Origin: Desulfurococcales archaeon
GTDB lineage: Archaea; Thermoproteota; Thermoprotei_A; Sulfolobales; Desulfurococcaceae
Length of the DNA: 63,357 bases
Direction of reading: 5' to 3'
NCBI GenBank assembly: GCA_027002875.1
Contig: JALWZC010000058.1
Span: 1-63,357 of the forward strand
Position numbers and translations under genes: made by a program. Below, piece by piece: positions 46,588 to 56,928 of this stretch. The notes under the pieces are model-generated. The model saw only the letters and a list, made by a program, of their open reading frames with translations, made no database searches and had not been told where the DNA came from. Position 1 is the stretch's first letter. The number at the start of each line of letters is the position of its first letter.

Positions 46588-47268
46588 TTGAAGGCTACAG
46601 TACTGTTTACAGGCGGTAAGGATAGCCATTATGCACTATACTGGGCGTTGCATCAGGGGTTCGATGTCGTCGTTCTCTCGAGCATCATACCATTATACGA
46701 GTATTCCCCGCTATATCATAAACCGGAGCTAAGTATTTTAGAGCTACAAGCCAAGTGTTTAAGTATTGATCTGGAGTACGAGTTTGCCGATTATGAAGCC
46801 CGCGAATTATTAGTTTTAAGGGATCTCTTGAAGCGGGTCCGCGACGAGTATGGTGTTGAAGCCGTTTTTAGCGGCGCTATACTTAGTGATTTTCAACGCA
46901 TGCGTTTCTCAATGATCGCTGAAGAATTGGGGCTTAAATCGTATACACCCTTATGGAGGATTAACCAGGAGAAATATATGTGGGAGCTTGTTGAGCATGG
47001 ATTCGAAATCTTAATCCTCTCAATTAATACTATGGGGCTCCCCCTAGAACTAGTTGGTAGGATCCTTAGCCGGGACGATGTAGAGCTGATAATAGAAAAG
47101 TCTAAGCGTTACGGGTTCAATCCTGCTTTCGAGGGTGGTGAAGCGGAAACACTAGTTGTCTATATGCCTCATTACCGTGGCCGGATACGTGTTGTTGGTA
47201 GGAAAGTATTTCTAAGCCCTTATGAAGCTAAGTTCTTGATAGAGGATGCTAGTGGTTGTACAATTTAG
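46588..47268 (+). CDS. Diphthine-ammonia ligase-like N-type ATP pyrophosphatase (Dph6/MJ0570 family)
   Basis: PP-loop variant VLFTGGKDSHYALYWA, SGAILSDFQRMR and FEGGEAETLV match the MJ0570-type family. Confidence 0.7.
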   Translation: MKATVLFTGGKDSHYALYWALHQGFDVVVLSSIIPLYEYSPLYHKPELSILELQAKCLSIDLEYEFADYEARELLVLRDLLKRVRDEYGVEAVFSGAILSDFQRMRFSMIAEELGLKSYTPLWRINQEKYMWELVEHGFEILILSINTMGLPLELVGRILSRDDVELIIEKSKRYGFNPAFEGGEAETLVVYMPHYRGRIRVVGRKVFLSPYEAKFLIEDASGCTI

Positions 47269-47326
47269 GAGGAAGAGCTTATCTTCTAAAAAATCCTTAT
47301 CTAATATTAGCGTTTCTACACAATAT

Positions 47327-47578
47327 TTATTTCTTTAGATAATTGACTAGTACTGTTGCTAGGTGCTCGGGCTTCGTATACCATTTATCGTACTTGTAGT
47401 CTTTGCCCGCTATCGTTACTATTACGTACTCTCCTTGATCCTTAACGATCGCGTGTATCTTGTTGTCTTTAATAATAGCGAATACGCTTGGGCTTTTATC
47501 CATTATTTTAAAACCTGCTAGTTTCGTTAGAAGCAGTGTTTTCAGTTGTTTAATGTAGTCGCTCATTCTCTTCACCAC
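47327..47578 (-). CDS. Hypothetical small protein
   Basis: 83-aa ORF standing alone between convergent and divergent neighbours. Confidence 0.4.
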   Translation of the reverse strand: MVKRMSDYIKQLKTLLLTKLAGFKIMDKSPSVFAIIKDNKIHAIVKDQGEYVIVTIAGKDYKYDKWYTKPEHLATVLVNYLKK

Positions 47579-47675
47579 GTATTATTGGTTCGTTTACGGT
47601 ATATCGGTTAAATATAGTCTTAAACTTTATGGTTTTCCAGAGAGTATGTAGGATAACTTTTCCTCTGCCTCACTG

Positions 47676-49091
47676 TTAGTAGGTTACTCCTAGGAGGGCG
47701 TATCTGTCTTCTTTCCCTGATTCGCATACCGCACCTGGTTTTATTTTTGGAAGTTTTATCGGGGACTCAGTTATTTCTCCCAGTACTTGTTTGCCGGTTT
47801 GTTCTTCTAGTCTATCAGCACATTGTTGTGTTCCATCCCACGGGGTTATTATTAATGCTTTCTTCCCATAGGCTTCTTCTGGTTTATCAGTAATGATCGT
47901 CATTTTCTCGAGGTGTTCCAGGGCTTTCTGCTTAAGGTAATTGTTTATCTGGTTCCATGCCTCGAATAGTGATGGAATTAATTCTTCTAGCGGAACAGTT
48001 GTTTTACCGCCGTTCCTCCTTGCTATTGTTATTGTTTTATTCTCTAATTCCCTTCTCCCAACTTCGATCCTTGTGGGTACGCCTTTCATTTCCCAGTAGT
48101 AGTATTTCCATCCCGGTGTGTGTTCTGGATCGTCGTCTACTTTAACCCTAATATTATTGCTTCTAAGCACTTCGGCAATCTTCCTAGCATAATTTATTAT
48201 TTCTTCTTCACCTTTACGAGCAATTGGAACGATCACTACCTGTATCGGGGCTATGTTTGGCGGTAGGAATAAGCCTTTTTCATCACCGTGTATTCCAATT
48301 ACTGCTCCAAGCGTTCTCTCGCTAACACCGTAACATGTCTGGTATACGTGTTTAACCTGTCCATCACTATCCATGAATTTTATATCAAAGGCTTTAGCGA
48401 ATTTCTGTCCGAGATTAATAACTGATCCGAGCTCTAATCCTTTACCATCTGGCATAGCGGTTATGAAGTCGTAGTTGTATTCTGCTCCTGCGAAAGTGTC
48501 CCATGGAGGTGTTTTTACTATGTAGTACGGTATTAGGAGTGAGTCGAAGAACTCCTTATAGATCCTTATAGCAGTCTTGATCTGTTCCTCGGCTTCCTCC
48601 GGTGTTGCATGGGCTGTATGAGCTTCTATGAAGCTCATAATCTCCCTTACACGCAGTATTGGATGGGTCATCTTCGTCTCGTAGCGGAAAACGTTTACTA
48701 CCTGGTACATTTTCAATGGTAGGTCTTTGCGTCCCTTAATCCATAGGTTCCACATATAATACATTACTGTCTCACTAGTAGGTCTAACCAGTAGTTTCTC
48801 ATTGAATTTCTTCGTCATAGTACCCTCTACGACAAATGTTTCTCCCCCAAATCCCTGTAGAAAGTCTTTTTCCTTAGCAAATACCGATTCCGGAATCATT
48901 GTTGGAAAATATGCTTCGTGGTGTCCGGTTGATTCTAGTAGGTTGATGATGATTCTCTGAATGTTTCTCAGAGCTTTTAAGCCGTAGGGCATCCATACAT
49001 TCATGCCTTTAATAGGGTATCTAATATCAACTATTCCAGCATATTTCAGTATGCTGTGATACCATTTCGGGAAATCACTGTATTTATCCAT
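47676..49091 (-). CDS. proS: Prolyl-tRNA synthetase (archaeal type)
   Basis: Track ORF is 47676..49130. A start at MDKYSDFPKWYHSILKYAGIVDIRYPIKG aligns with archaeal ProRS N-termini. Class II motifs FRYE and the anticodon-binding domain are present. Confidence 0.9.
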   Translation of the reverse strand: MDKYSDFPKWYHSILKYAGIVDIRYPIKGMNVWMPYGLKALRNIQRIIINLLESTGHHEAYFPTMIPESVFAKEKDFLQGFGGETFVVEGTMTKKFNEKLLVRPTSETVMYYMWNLWIKGRKDLPLKMYQVVNVFRYETKMTHPILRVREIMSFIEAHTAHATPEEAEEQIKTAIRIYKEFFDSLLIPYYIVKTPPWDTFAGAEYNYDFITAMPDGKGLELGSVINLGQKFAKAFDIKFMDSDGQVKHVYQTCYGVSERTLGAVIGIHGDEKGLFLPPNIAPIQVVIVPIARKGEEEIINYARKIAEVLRSNNIRVKVDDDPEHTPGWKYYYWEMKGVPTRIEVGRRELENKTITIARRNGGKTTVPLEELIPSLFEAWNQINNYLKQKALEHLEKMTIITDKPEEAYGKKALIITPWDGTQQCADRLEEQTGKQVLGEITESPIKLPKIKPGAVCESGKEDRYALLGVTY

Positions 49092-50955
49092 TCTGAACTT
49101 TTCTGGTGTCGCCATCCCTGTAATCCTCAACGATTTTTCTACCTAGGCTTATATTCCTTGAAATAGCCTTGTTCTTGATTAATATTTCGGTGATGTAATC
49201 GTCTAATTGTTTATTATACATTCTCAGCCTCTGAGCCAGCGTGTATTTTAACGCTTTCATTAGCTCTTCCACGTTGTGCCTCGTAGGCGATACGTCTAGG
49301 AATTGTTCGCGATCAACGACTTTTACGCGAATCCTTTTACCCAGGTATTTCTCAATACTCTCCATAACCTCATCTATTATCCTTAGATCGCTGAATGTGT
49401 CCGAGTAGAATAAGCCGTCGAGGCCTGGAATATATGATACTGTTGAGACAAGCTTAGTAGCGATACGTATTCTTTCCTGCTCATTACCCACTAGTTTATC
49501 GAGGTTTTCCAGTCTACCCACTAATACTGCCTGCTCCGGTTCAACATGGCTTGGCAGGTTTCCACGTATGTATGTGATCAACCTATTATACCTGGGCGGG
49601 TTTCTAGCTATACAATTAATCGTATCTACTAAGACTCTTAATGCTTCACTAATGATGTGATCACCTACTTCCCTACCATCATCGAGGTCTGTGTGGTATA
49701 TGTGTTTCATCTCGTCGAGGTTATGTATTGTTAGTGCGGGTATGCCTTTTGCTGTGTAGGAGTAGCTGTCGAAGTCCGTGTGATCATACCCCTTATATCT
49801 AGCACCGTGCTCCTCCTTGATCTTCTCCATGCAATCCATTAATGCCGGATTCCCATTAATGCTGAAGGGCTTCGTGTATATTGCATCGATGTTAATATCT
49901 GCTAGTATGTTCTCGAGGCGGTTTAGTGATTCAAGCATGTTTAGATAGTATCTACTCCCCCATGCCCAGTACCAGCTTGTATAGTAGGGTGCTCCGGATT
50001 CTTCGGCTGTATAGCTTATGAATACTAGGTTTGGCCCATTCCAATTCACTAGTTTCTTAGAGGATTGTATTATTAATTCTACTCCCACCATGTTATCGCT
50101 GAAACCAGTAAACCAGTGGTCGTGATGGGCCGTTACATGGATCTCTTTATCACCCGACCCATTCTTATAACCGATAACGGTTTTACCCGTAGATCCGTGT
50201 ATTACTCTAGATTTAACTTTCAACCCTAGCCGTGTAATATCTAGCCTCTTAATCTTCAAGTAATCCTCCTTCCTTATCGAGACAGCGGGTATTGGGGATG
50301 GTGATCCATGTGTGTGGCTGTAATCCTCGTCTCCGAGCAGTACCATTCTACGATACCTTCCCGGTAATTCATCGTAAAATATTGCAGCGACCGCTCCGTG
50401 CTCGTAAAGGCGAAGGACTACATACTTAATATCATCCGGATCCGGCGGGAAGGGTACTAGGACTATTCTCCCATTAATGGGCTGATTTACAGCTATACTG
50501 CTTCCAACATAGAATGCATCAATTATAGGGGCTTCTATTTCAGCTGAGCTAATATAGGGCATCGCACGGCACGGTATAATCGAGCCGCGCGTCTCTATAA
50601 TACATTCATCCTCTCTCCACGAATCAACAGGTGTATCAATAACTTTCACTGAATCAACGTGTTCCTTTAACGTATCAATTAGGGAGTCTACTAGTATACT
50701 TTCATTCTCCGAGCCCGTTATGGCTTCAAACATGTATTCTTTCCTTCTTAGGAAGACGTATCCAAGTATTAATGGGAGGTTGAATACGAACATGAAGGAT
50801 TTAAGGCTGTAATGGATCGTGTTAAATGAATACGGTATTGGAGTTCCGTTTATTAATGAAAAAGTAATGCCTATTATTATGGTAATTATCAAAGGCAGTA
50901 TTACTGGTTGTATATGTTTGATTATTGAACGAAGCGTTTCCCTCATAATATTCAC
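49084..50955 (-). CDS. Membrane-anchored M28-family metallopeptidase with PA-like insert
   Basis: N-terminal TM helices. Metal-ligand blocks VTAHHDHW, GFSDNMVG, YTAEESG and IYHTDLDD fit the M28 order H-D-EE-H. Confidence 0.6.
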   Translation of the reverse strand: MNIMRETLRSIIKHIQPVILPLIITIIIGITFSLINGTPIPYSFNTIHYSLKSFMFVFNLPLILGYVFLRRKEYMFEAITGSENESILVDSLIDTLKEHVDSVKVIDTPVDSWREDECIIETRGSIIPCRAMPYISSAEIEAPIIDAFYVGSSIAVNQPINGRIVLVPFPPDPDDIKYVVLRLYEHGAVAAIFYDELPGRYRRMVLLGDEDYSHTHGSPSPIPAVSIRKEDYLKIKRLDITRLGLKVKSRVIHGSTGKTVIGYKNGSGDKEIHVTAHHDHWFTGFSDNMVGVELIIQSSKKLVNWNGPNLVFISYTAEESGAPYYTSWYWAWGSRYYLNMLESLNRLENILADINIDAIYTKPFSINGNPALMDCMEKIKEEHGARYKGYDHTDFDSYSYTAKGIPALTIHNLDEMKHIYHTDLDDGREVGDHIISEALRVLVDTINCIARNPPRYNRLITYIRGNLPSHVEPEQAVLVGRLENLDKLVGNEQERIRIATKLVSTVSYIPGLDGLFYSDTFSDLRIIDEVMESIEKYLGKRIRVKVVDREQFLDVSPTRHNVEELMKALKYTLAQRLRMYNKQLDDYITEILIKNKAISRNISLGRKIVEDYRDGDTRKVQNG

Positions 50956-51097
50956 CGCATAAATTATAGAGTAGGGAGAAGTCTAGTCTTTGTTTCTACC
51001 ATATTTATCTTTGATTTTATCCCTTTCTAATGGATCGTATAATTTCTTTATCAGGAATTGTTGGTAGTAGAAATGGTTGTTTTTGTATGTTTTTGGT

Positions 51098-52612
51098 TCA
51101 TCTACTACGCTTTTTGCTATTGTGTTTTAATAGAATTATGATTATTGCTGTGAATAGTATTATTGGTGCTGGGCTTGGTTCGTAGAGGGGTTTTGTTTGT
51201 ATGTTTAGGTTCCACTTAGCGTTTTCGATGATATAGATGTCGTAGTTTCTCAGTATGTGTGCTGGTTTGTGGACGTTTATAACTGTAAACTCCCCGGTTC
51301 CCAGATCATAATATCCCATTACGCCGTCCTCCGCCGAGAAGCTGTCTATTACGGGTTCTATGTTTGTATAACCGTAGTATAGGTTATTGATATCTATTAA
51401 TAGATACTTATTTGTTAGCGGTAAAGCGTATTTCCCCCTTGTTATCTTTATTGCTTCGCCAATAATTGGCTGATTAAAGCTTGTTTTTATAAAAATATCG
51501 TTTCTGGACATGAAGAAGTATAGGTTTCCAGTAAAATATGATTCCGGTAGATTATTCCTGCTCTCATTCATAATTCTGATAAACACTATCTCGTTATACC
51601 GGGTATCTACTACGAGGTTGTAGTAGTTGTCTAGCCTAGTATTATACTGGTGTAATATATGATAAGAATCCCGATCTAGACCTCTCCCCTCCAGGGTTTC
51701 AATTATTACATTTTTATGTATAGGGGATGTGGCTAGGATCGTTACGTTTTGGTTGTTCAATGTATATATTAGTATGTATGATTTATTCGTGTTGATAACG
51801 CCTTCAATGTGAAGTCTGCCCTGTTCATCAATGCTATAAACTGATCCATTGACTGCTATGAAGATGTATTTATCCCCATAACTTATTGGAGGGTAGGGGT
51901 TTATTCCCCCGCTCAATACTCTCCCACTTATTATTAGCGAGGCTATGGGAGAGTATGAGAAGTAGGTATTGTTTGTTGGGATTTCGAAATAGGATATCTT
52001 GTCTGTCCTGGTGTCTAGCAGGATGTATAATACCGGGCTGCATACTAGTGGTAGGGGCATATTTATCAGTAAATACCTGTGATACAGCATGTACATTCTG
52101 TAAACGCTTGATAGCCCGATCCATGAGAACAGAGCATAGCTACAAATTCCTTGCAACATCTTAGCCGTATAGTACACGATCCTCCTATTGACCAGGTCTA
52201 TTCCGTCGACTGTTAGTATGTAATAGTACGTGTTTCCTGATTCGACGTATCTGATCGAGGCTAGGTATAATGTGTTGTTCGGGCTGTAATAGTATGATAT
52301 TACTGGTAGCTGTGGAGTAATAAGATGTGATAGGTTAACTAGCAGTTCAACGCCTTCCTCCCCATACACTTCCAGCCTAAACTTTACGGGTTGTTCTATT
52401 GTTGCATCGAATATGAAGGCTTCACTGAAACCATCACTATCATAGTCGTAGTAGCCTAGGACTCCGAGTAGATTACCACTACCCTGAAAATGCGTTACAC
52501 CAGTACCTCCATGGGTAAGACTTGTAGCTGGGAGGGTGGATATAGCTGTAAGTAAGAGTATCAAGACTAGGCTATATCTTATAGTCATAGACAACACCTT
52601 TAACCGGGTCAA
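51098..52612 (-). CDS. Secreted protein with C-terminal membrane anchor
   Basis: Signal-like N-terminus; Y/N/I-rich beta-type body; C-terminal PSPAPIILFTAIIIILL followed by the basic tail KHNSKKRSR. Confidence 0.55.
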   Translation of the reverse strand: MTRLKVLSMTIRYSLVLILLLTAISTLPATSLTHGGTGVTHFQGSGNLLGVLGYYDYDSDGFSEAFIFDATIEQPVKFRLEVYGEEGVELLVNLSHLITPQLPVISYYYSPNNTLYLASIRYVESGNTYYYILTVDGIDLVNRRIVYYTAKMLQGICSYALFSWIGLSSVYRMYMLYHRYLLINMPLPLVCSPVLYILLDTRTDKISYFEIPTNNTYFSYSPIASLIISGRVLSGGINPYPPISYGDKYIFIAVNGSVYSIDEQGRLHIEGVINTNKSYILIYTLNNQNVTILATSPIHKNVIIETLEGRGLDRDSYHILHQYNTRLDNYYNLVVDTRYNEIVFIRIMNESRNNLPESYFTGNLYFFMSRNDIFIKTSFNQPIIGEAIKITRGKYALPLTNKYLLIDINNLYYGYTNIEPVIDSFSAEDGVMGYYDLGTGEFTVINVHKPAHILRNYDIYIIENAKWNLNIQTKPLYEPSPAPIILFTAIIIILLKHNSKKRSR

Positions 52613-53792
52613 CGTATATTGTTGGATGATAGACTTCTACACCGTAAACTGCTAGGATTACACACCAGAAGTTAGATATGGTCCATGGTTTTACTAATAA
52701 ATAAGTTCCGCAAACCCTATCGACAACAATTGAATCCGCTGGAACGTGGAACTTTTCCATGAGAAAACTCTTGGCTATCTCTACGGCTTCACTACTAGTA
52801 ATTAATGGTTCACGATCGATATGCTTTAAATGAATTAATAATCCTATAGGGAATTTAACCTCGTAGAGCCTCCTGATGCTATCTTCTACCTGGAACCCTA
52901 TGCTTGCAGTGGAGAGGGGTGGTCCCGGAAGTACGTCAGACATTTCAAAGATCGACTTCTTATTTAGGTATGCTTGGAAGAAGTATGCGTACTGTGTTCT
53001 CCAAGTATAAACTATACTGAATCTCCTATAGAGCTGGGGCCTGCCTAGGCTTAGCGTGTAGAGCATATAGTTGAGGTAGCTTGTATAATTATTTTTAGCG
53101 ATTACGGGAACTCTCGTAAACTCGAGGAACCTTGTTTCATTCACAACGATCCATTTATTTTTCTCGATTATATTGTAAATACTCGTAGGTCCACGATTTA
53201 TCTTGAAGCTTACCACAGTGCCCGTAAGAGATTCAAATGTTACAGATATAACGCTCCATTTCTCCCCAGTATAGTGTATGAATACCTTCCACATGTAGCA
53301 GAATACGCTTGTATCGTTGAATCTGAATAGATCCCATGAGTAGTATGTTAACTCTAACCCGGTAATGCTGAAGTTCGTCGTTGATAATCCAATAAGGCTG
53401 AGAAATTTTACAACGTGGTTGTACAGCGTTGTCCAGTTATGTATTTCATGAGACTTGTTAATGCTTGGAACTATACTCGGATCATTAATTTCCTTAAGAT
53501 ATCGGAAGGCTTGACGAGGCGGATAACCCGGGAGATGGGTGGAGGCTCTCCTTTTAAGAGATACAAAGCTCTTCTCGGGACCTGGAGCATTTATGACTCC
53601 TGGATTACTAGTATTACTGGAAATTAAGGGGCTTGAAACACTTGTATTACGAATACTACCTTCACTACCCGTATTATATGCATTATAGAATGTAGAAATT
53701 ATGATTAAAATAACTAAGACTGTTATCGATCCTGCAATTATGAATTTCCTACTAGAAAAAATCTTTATAGATTCGTATTTATGATGTATCAT
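52572..53792 (-). CDS. N-terminally anchored extracytoplasmic protein
   Basis: TM helix FIIAGSITVLVILIIISTFY, then a Ser/Asn-rich linker and a 330-aa domain. Confidence 0.55.
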   Translation of the reverse strand: MIHHKYESIKIFSSRKFIIAGSITVLVILIIISTFYNAYNTGSEGSIRNTSVSSPLISSNTSNPGVINAPGPEKSFVSLKRRASTHLPGYPPRQAFRYLKEINDPSIVPSINKSHEIHNWTTLYNHVVKFLSLIGLSTTNFSITGLELTYYSWDLFRFNDTSVFCYMWKVFIHYTGEKWSVISVTFESLTGTVVSFKINRGPTSIYNIIEKNKWIVVNETRFLEFTRVPVIAKNNYTSYLNYMLYTLSLGRPQLYRRFSIVYTWRTQYAYFFQAYLNKKSIFEMSDVLPGPPLSTASIGFQVEDSIRRLYEVKFPIGLLIHLKHIDREPLITSSEAVEIAKSFLMEKFHVPADSIVVDRVCGTYLLVKPWTISNFWCVILAVYGVEVYHPTIYVDPVKGVVYDYKI

Positions 53793-53799
53793 CCCTAGA

Positions 53800-55046
53800 T
53801 CACCACTTCGTTAAACTTCTACTAGGAACTAGGTTCTTACTTGTAGGAAGGTTACACGATGCCGAGCCAGGTGGACATATCATTCCCCCACCACCTCCAT
53901 TGTCTCCGCTACTTCCCCCACTATTTCCGCTACCACTACCTCCTCCATTGTCGCCACTACCCGTATCTCCGTTTCCTCCACCTGATCCTGTCCCTTGAAT
54001 TAGCAATGGTGCATTTGTACCTGTTACACCATATACTATACCTACCCTATAATGCCCCCCATAACCATAATCACTAAGATAACTACTCGACAGTATCTCA
54101 TAGGCGAACGAGGTAGAAGGGGATAAAGCGAATTGGCCGTTGTCGGCCATAACAGTATAGTATGCATCCTCTACTGTTGCGCCACTATTAATACAATCTG
54201 AGCCTGTAAAGAATATATGCATAAAGTTCACTAGTATTGATGGATAATAGCTTATTGAGTCAGTTGTGCTTATATCTATACCACTATAGTATAGCCTAGG
54301 AAATTTGCCTGGTGCAAAATAATGTTCATCGCCGAGGGCATCGTGTATAACTATGGGGTAGAAGTCGAAGACTATGTTAGTATCTATTGAATACAGCCCT
54401 CTCGCCGGAGGATCGGTTTCTACTTCGTATACTTGTTTTCCATATTTTTGTTCGTAGTAGTCTTTCCAGTATTCTGGGTGGAGTACGCCGGAGAATGGGG
54501 TTACTAGGAGGGCTACTCTCGTAGGTGAGTTGTCCGGCGGTACACTGTGTAGGTAGTCGTAATAGCCTAGATCGGTTGAGCTTATAATGTGGCTGTTGAC
54601 TACGAGGTATGTATGGTTAACTTCTTAGTTTCACTATCGTATTGCATCCAGTAGGAGTAAGATTTTGATACCAGCATAAAGACTTTAGACTTCTTAATGA
54701 TGTTTACGAGGTCTTCTATCGAGTTTATATTGTTTATATCAGTTATATTGACGATTTTGTACGGGTAGTTGTTGTCGAAGTATGATACGTATCCATCCTC
54801 CTCTAACGAACCTATCCCATCCGTAATTAGCAACTGGTTCACCAGTTGAATATTGTTGTATGTCGTTTGATATGATGTAAAGTTTAAAGCTTCAGCAGGA
54901 TTTATTACGTAGACAAGATATTTCTCATTCCTGACTACATTGATTGGATAGTAGTTGCTACTACTGTCGCTTATTACAGGGGTTTTTATCGGCGCAAGGA
55001 TTACAAGGAGCAACAATACCACGAGGATTACCCTCATGGCTCCCAC
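53800..55046 (-). pseudogene. Secreted protein gene split by a frameshift (signal-peptide part 54600..55046 plus startless open frame 53800..54624)
   Basis: The ORF with the signal peptide stops at 54600. A frame offset by one is open from 54624 down to 53800 but has no ATG/GTG/TTG until 54231. Hand translation of 54232-54624 gives 131 sense codons without a start. Confidence 0.6.
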
Positions 55047-55251
55047 AAGTTTTTTGCTTGGAGAATATTTATTTTTTGCCTTAAACGATTGTTTAACTTG
55101 ATCTTTTTCATTTATTGAATAATAGGGAGCTTGTTTTGTATTAGGTTATTTTTACAGATTAATAACTAGTAATTTATTGAACAATGTATTTCTTGTTCTC
55201 TGTGAATCTTATTTAAGGGTTTTCCCGGTTTATTGTTGTTGGTGGTGTATT

Positions 55252-55722
55252 GTGAAGATTGTATTGGTTAGGGTTAATGATCTAGATGATTTCACCGGGT
55301 TTATTGTTGGTAGGGGTTTTAGTGTTAGTAGGGGTAGTCATGCTGTATTGCTTGATCATAGTGAGTTGGAGACTATTCGTATTAGCCGAGGCGACGAGTT
55401 GGTGGCGTTGATTGTTTCTCATTACATATCGGAGTATTACCGTGTAGAATATAGGGGCGTGGAGGATGAGGATGAGTATTTGAGGGAGCTTTTAAGGGTT
55501 AAGCATAGTGGTGAGCATTGGAGGATACCTGTTAATCCACTGATCGTTATTGTTTTTGATGATTCCTTCATCGATGTTCTTAATGAATATAGAGCTGGCG
55601 AGTACCCGGTTAGTGACGGTGGGAGGCTGGTCGAACATTATAGGAAGAGTAATCCTAACTACAAGAATGTTCCCAAGGTTGCGCTTGCTAGGATACTCGA
55701 AGAGCTTCAATCGCTAAAATAG
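55252..55722 (+). CDS. Hypothetical protein
   Basis: Track ORF is 55177..55722. The first 25 codons are Cys/Trp-rich and AT-rich; GTG at 55252 (VKIVLVRV) is a likelier start. Confidence 0.45.
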   Translation: MKIVLVRVNDLDDFTGFIVGRGFSVSRGSHAVLLDHSELETIRISRGDELVALIVSHYISEYYRVEYRGVEDEDEYLRELLRVKHSGEHWRIPVNPLIVIVFDDSFIDVLNEYRAGEYPVSDGGRLVEHYRKSNPNYKNVPKVALARILEELQSLK

Positions 55723-55729
55723 TCTTCCC

Positions 55730-56746
55730 CTAGTACGTGCTAGTTTGCAGGGTGTACTTCTCTTTATTACTTAGTGGTGTTCCGCAGTAGGGACAATACT
55801 GAGCGTTTAGTGGTATTGGTTTTCCACATACTGGGCATTTCCTATTTATTGTCATTGCCTGCATGTACTCTGTTCTTATATCTTCTATTGTTAAGTGTGT
55901 ATAGATCTGCGTGGTTCTTATATCGCTGTGTCCTAGTAGTCTTTGTAGTGATAATATATTCATTCCTCCACGCAATGCTCTTGTTGCAAAGGTATGGCGG
56001 AATATGTGTGGGTGTATTTTTGATGGGTTTACTCCTGCCCTCTTTGCTAGTCTTTTCAGTCTCTTGTATAGTCCGCTGTATGTTAGTGGTATTATCCTAT
56101 CGTTTTCGCCTAGGTTATTGAGCTGTATCCATGTTTTTAGTTCCTCTATTGTTTGCGGTGTTGCTATTACTTTCCTCTCCTTCCCATATTTTGCATTAAA
56201 TACTGTTATAACATTGTTTTCAAAATCTACGTCTCTAACCCTAAGCCCTAATAATTCCCTGCTACGCAGCCCAGTATCTAGTAGCAGGTCCAGTATTATC
56301 TTATCTAGCGGGTTTTTCACAGCACTGTATAGCTTTCTTATTTCTTCATCGCTCAGCGTCTCTATTCTCCTAGGCGGTTTCTTAACGTTTGGTATATGGA
56401 TCCTTATGCCTAACCATTTTAGGAATCTCCTAATAAATAGGTTGTAGTAGTGTAGTGTTACTTTCTGTGAATTTTTATCCCTGCTCCTCGTTTTATGGAA
56501 GCCATTTTTCAGCTTGTGGTTCCGCCACTTTATCACGTCTGTTATCCTCACGTTTCTTAATGGTTTATCTCCAATGTATTCTAGGAAATCCTTTATCGCT
56601 GCCCGATAGGATTTCACTGTTTCCGGGCTTGCACCGCTTGCTTCGAGTATTGCTAGGAATTCCTCCATTATCTCTTCATTCGATAGTTCCAGTATATCTT
56701 CTGGAGCCTGCCCTATGTCTATTTTCTGCGGCAAGTCATTGTTCAC
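55730..56746 (-). CDS. Tyrosine recombinase, XerA-like, with C-terminal zinc ribbon
   Basis: Catalytic blocks GLRSRELLGL (R), HIFRHTF (H-x-x-R) and LLGHSDIRTTQIYTHL (H, Y). The extra C-terminal CPVCGKPIPLNAQYCPYCG forms a zinc ribbon. Confidence 0.85.
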   Translation of the reverse strand: MNNDLPQKIDIGQAPEDILELSNEEIMEEFLAILEASGASPETVKSYRAAIKDFLEYIGDKPLRNVRITDVIKWRNHKLKNGFHKTRSRDKNSQKVTLHYYNLFIRRFLKWLGIRIHIPNVKKPPRRIETLSDEEIRKLYSAVKNPLDKIILDLLLDTGLRSRELLGLRVRDVDFENNVITVFNAKYGKERKVIATPQTIEELKTWIQLNNLGENDRIIPLTYSGLYKRLKRLAKRAGVNPSKIHPHIFRHTFATRALRGGMNILSLQRLLGHSDIRTTQIYTHLTIEDIRTEYMQAMTINRKCPVCGKPIPLNAQYCPYCGTPLSNKEKYTLQTSTY

Positions 56747-56928
56747 CGGTGGATTCTCATCTCTTTACCCATTACCCCGTTTACTCTATGGGTTATGGAT
56801 TTGGTTTTAAGGTTCTAGGTATGTAATACTTTAATTGTAGTGGGATGAGGAGGCTTAGCAGGCCCTAGCCCTTCAACCCTTCTATTCGGGTTGTGGGGCG
56901 ATGAGGTTTCTGCGCGGGTCCGACCCCT

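Noticed and set aside
54600-54625. Programmed -1 ribosomal frameshift site in the split secreted-protein gene.
   Set aside because: No X-XXY-YYZ slippery heptamer or obvious downstream stem-loop occurs in the 25-nt overlap window. The gene is kept only as a frameshifted gene.
56840-56925. GGGATGA and GCGATGA motifs, tested as C and C' boxes of an sRNA.
   Set aside because: No CUGA-like D or D' box lies at 10-13 nt spacing (the positions read GGCC and GGTC), and the distance between the putative C and C' boxes is about 50 nt.
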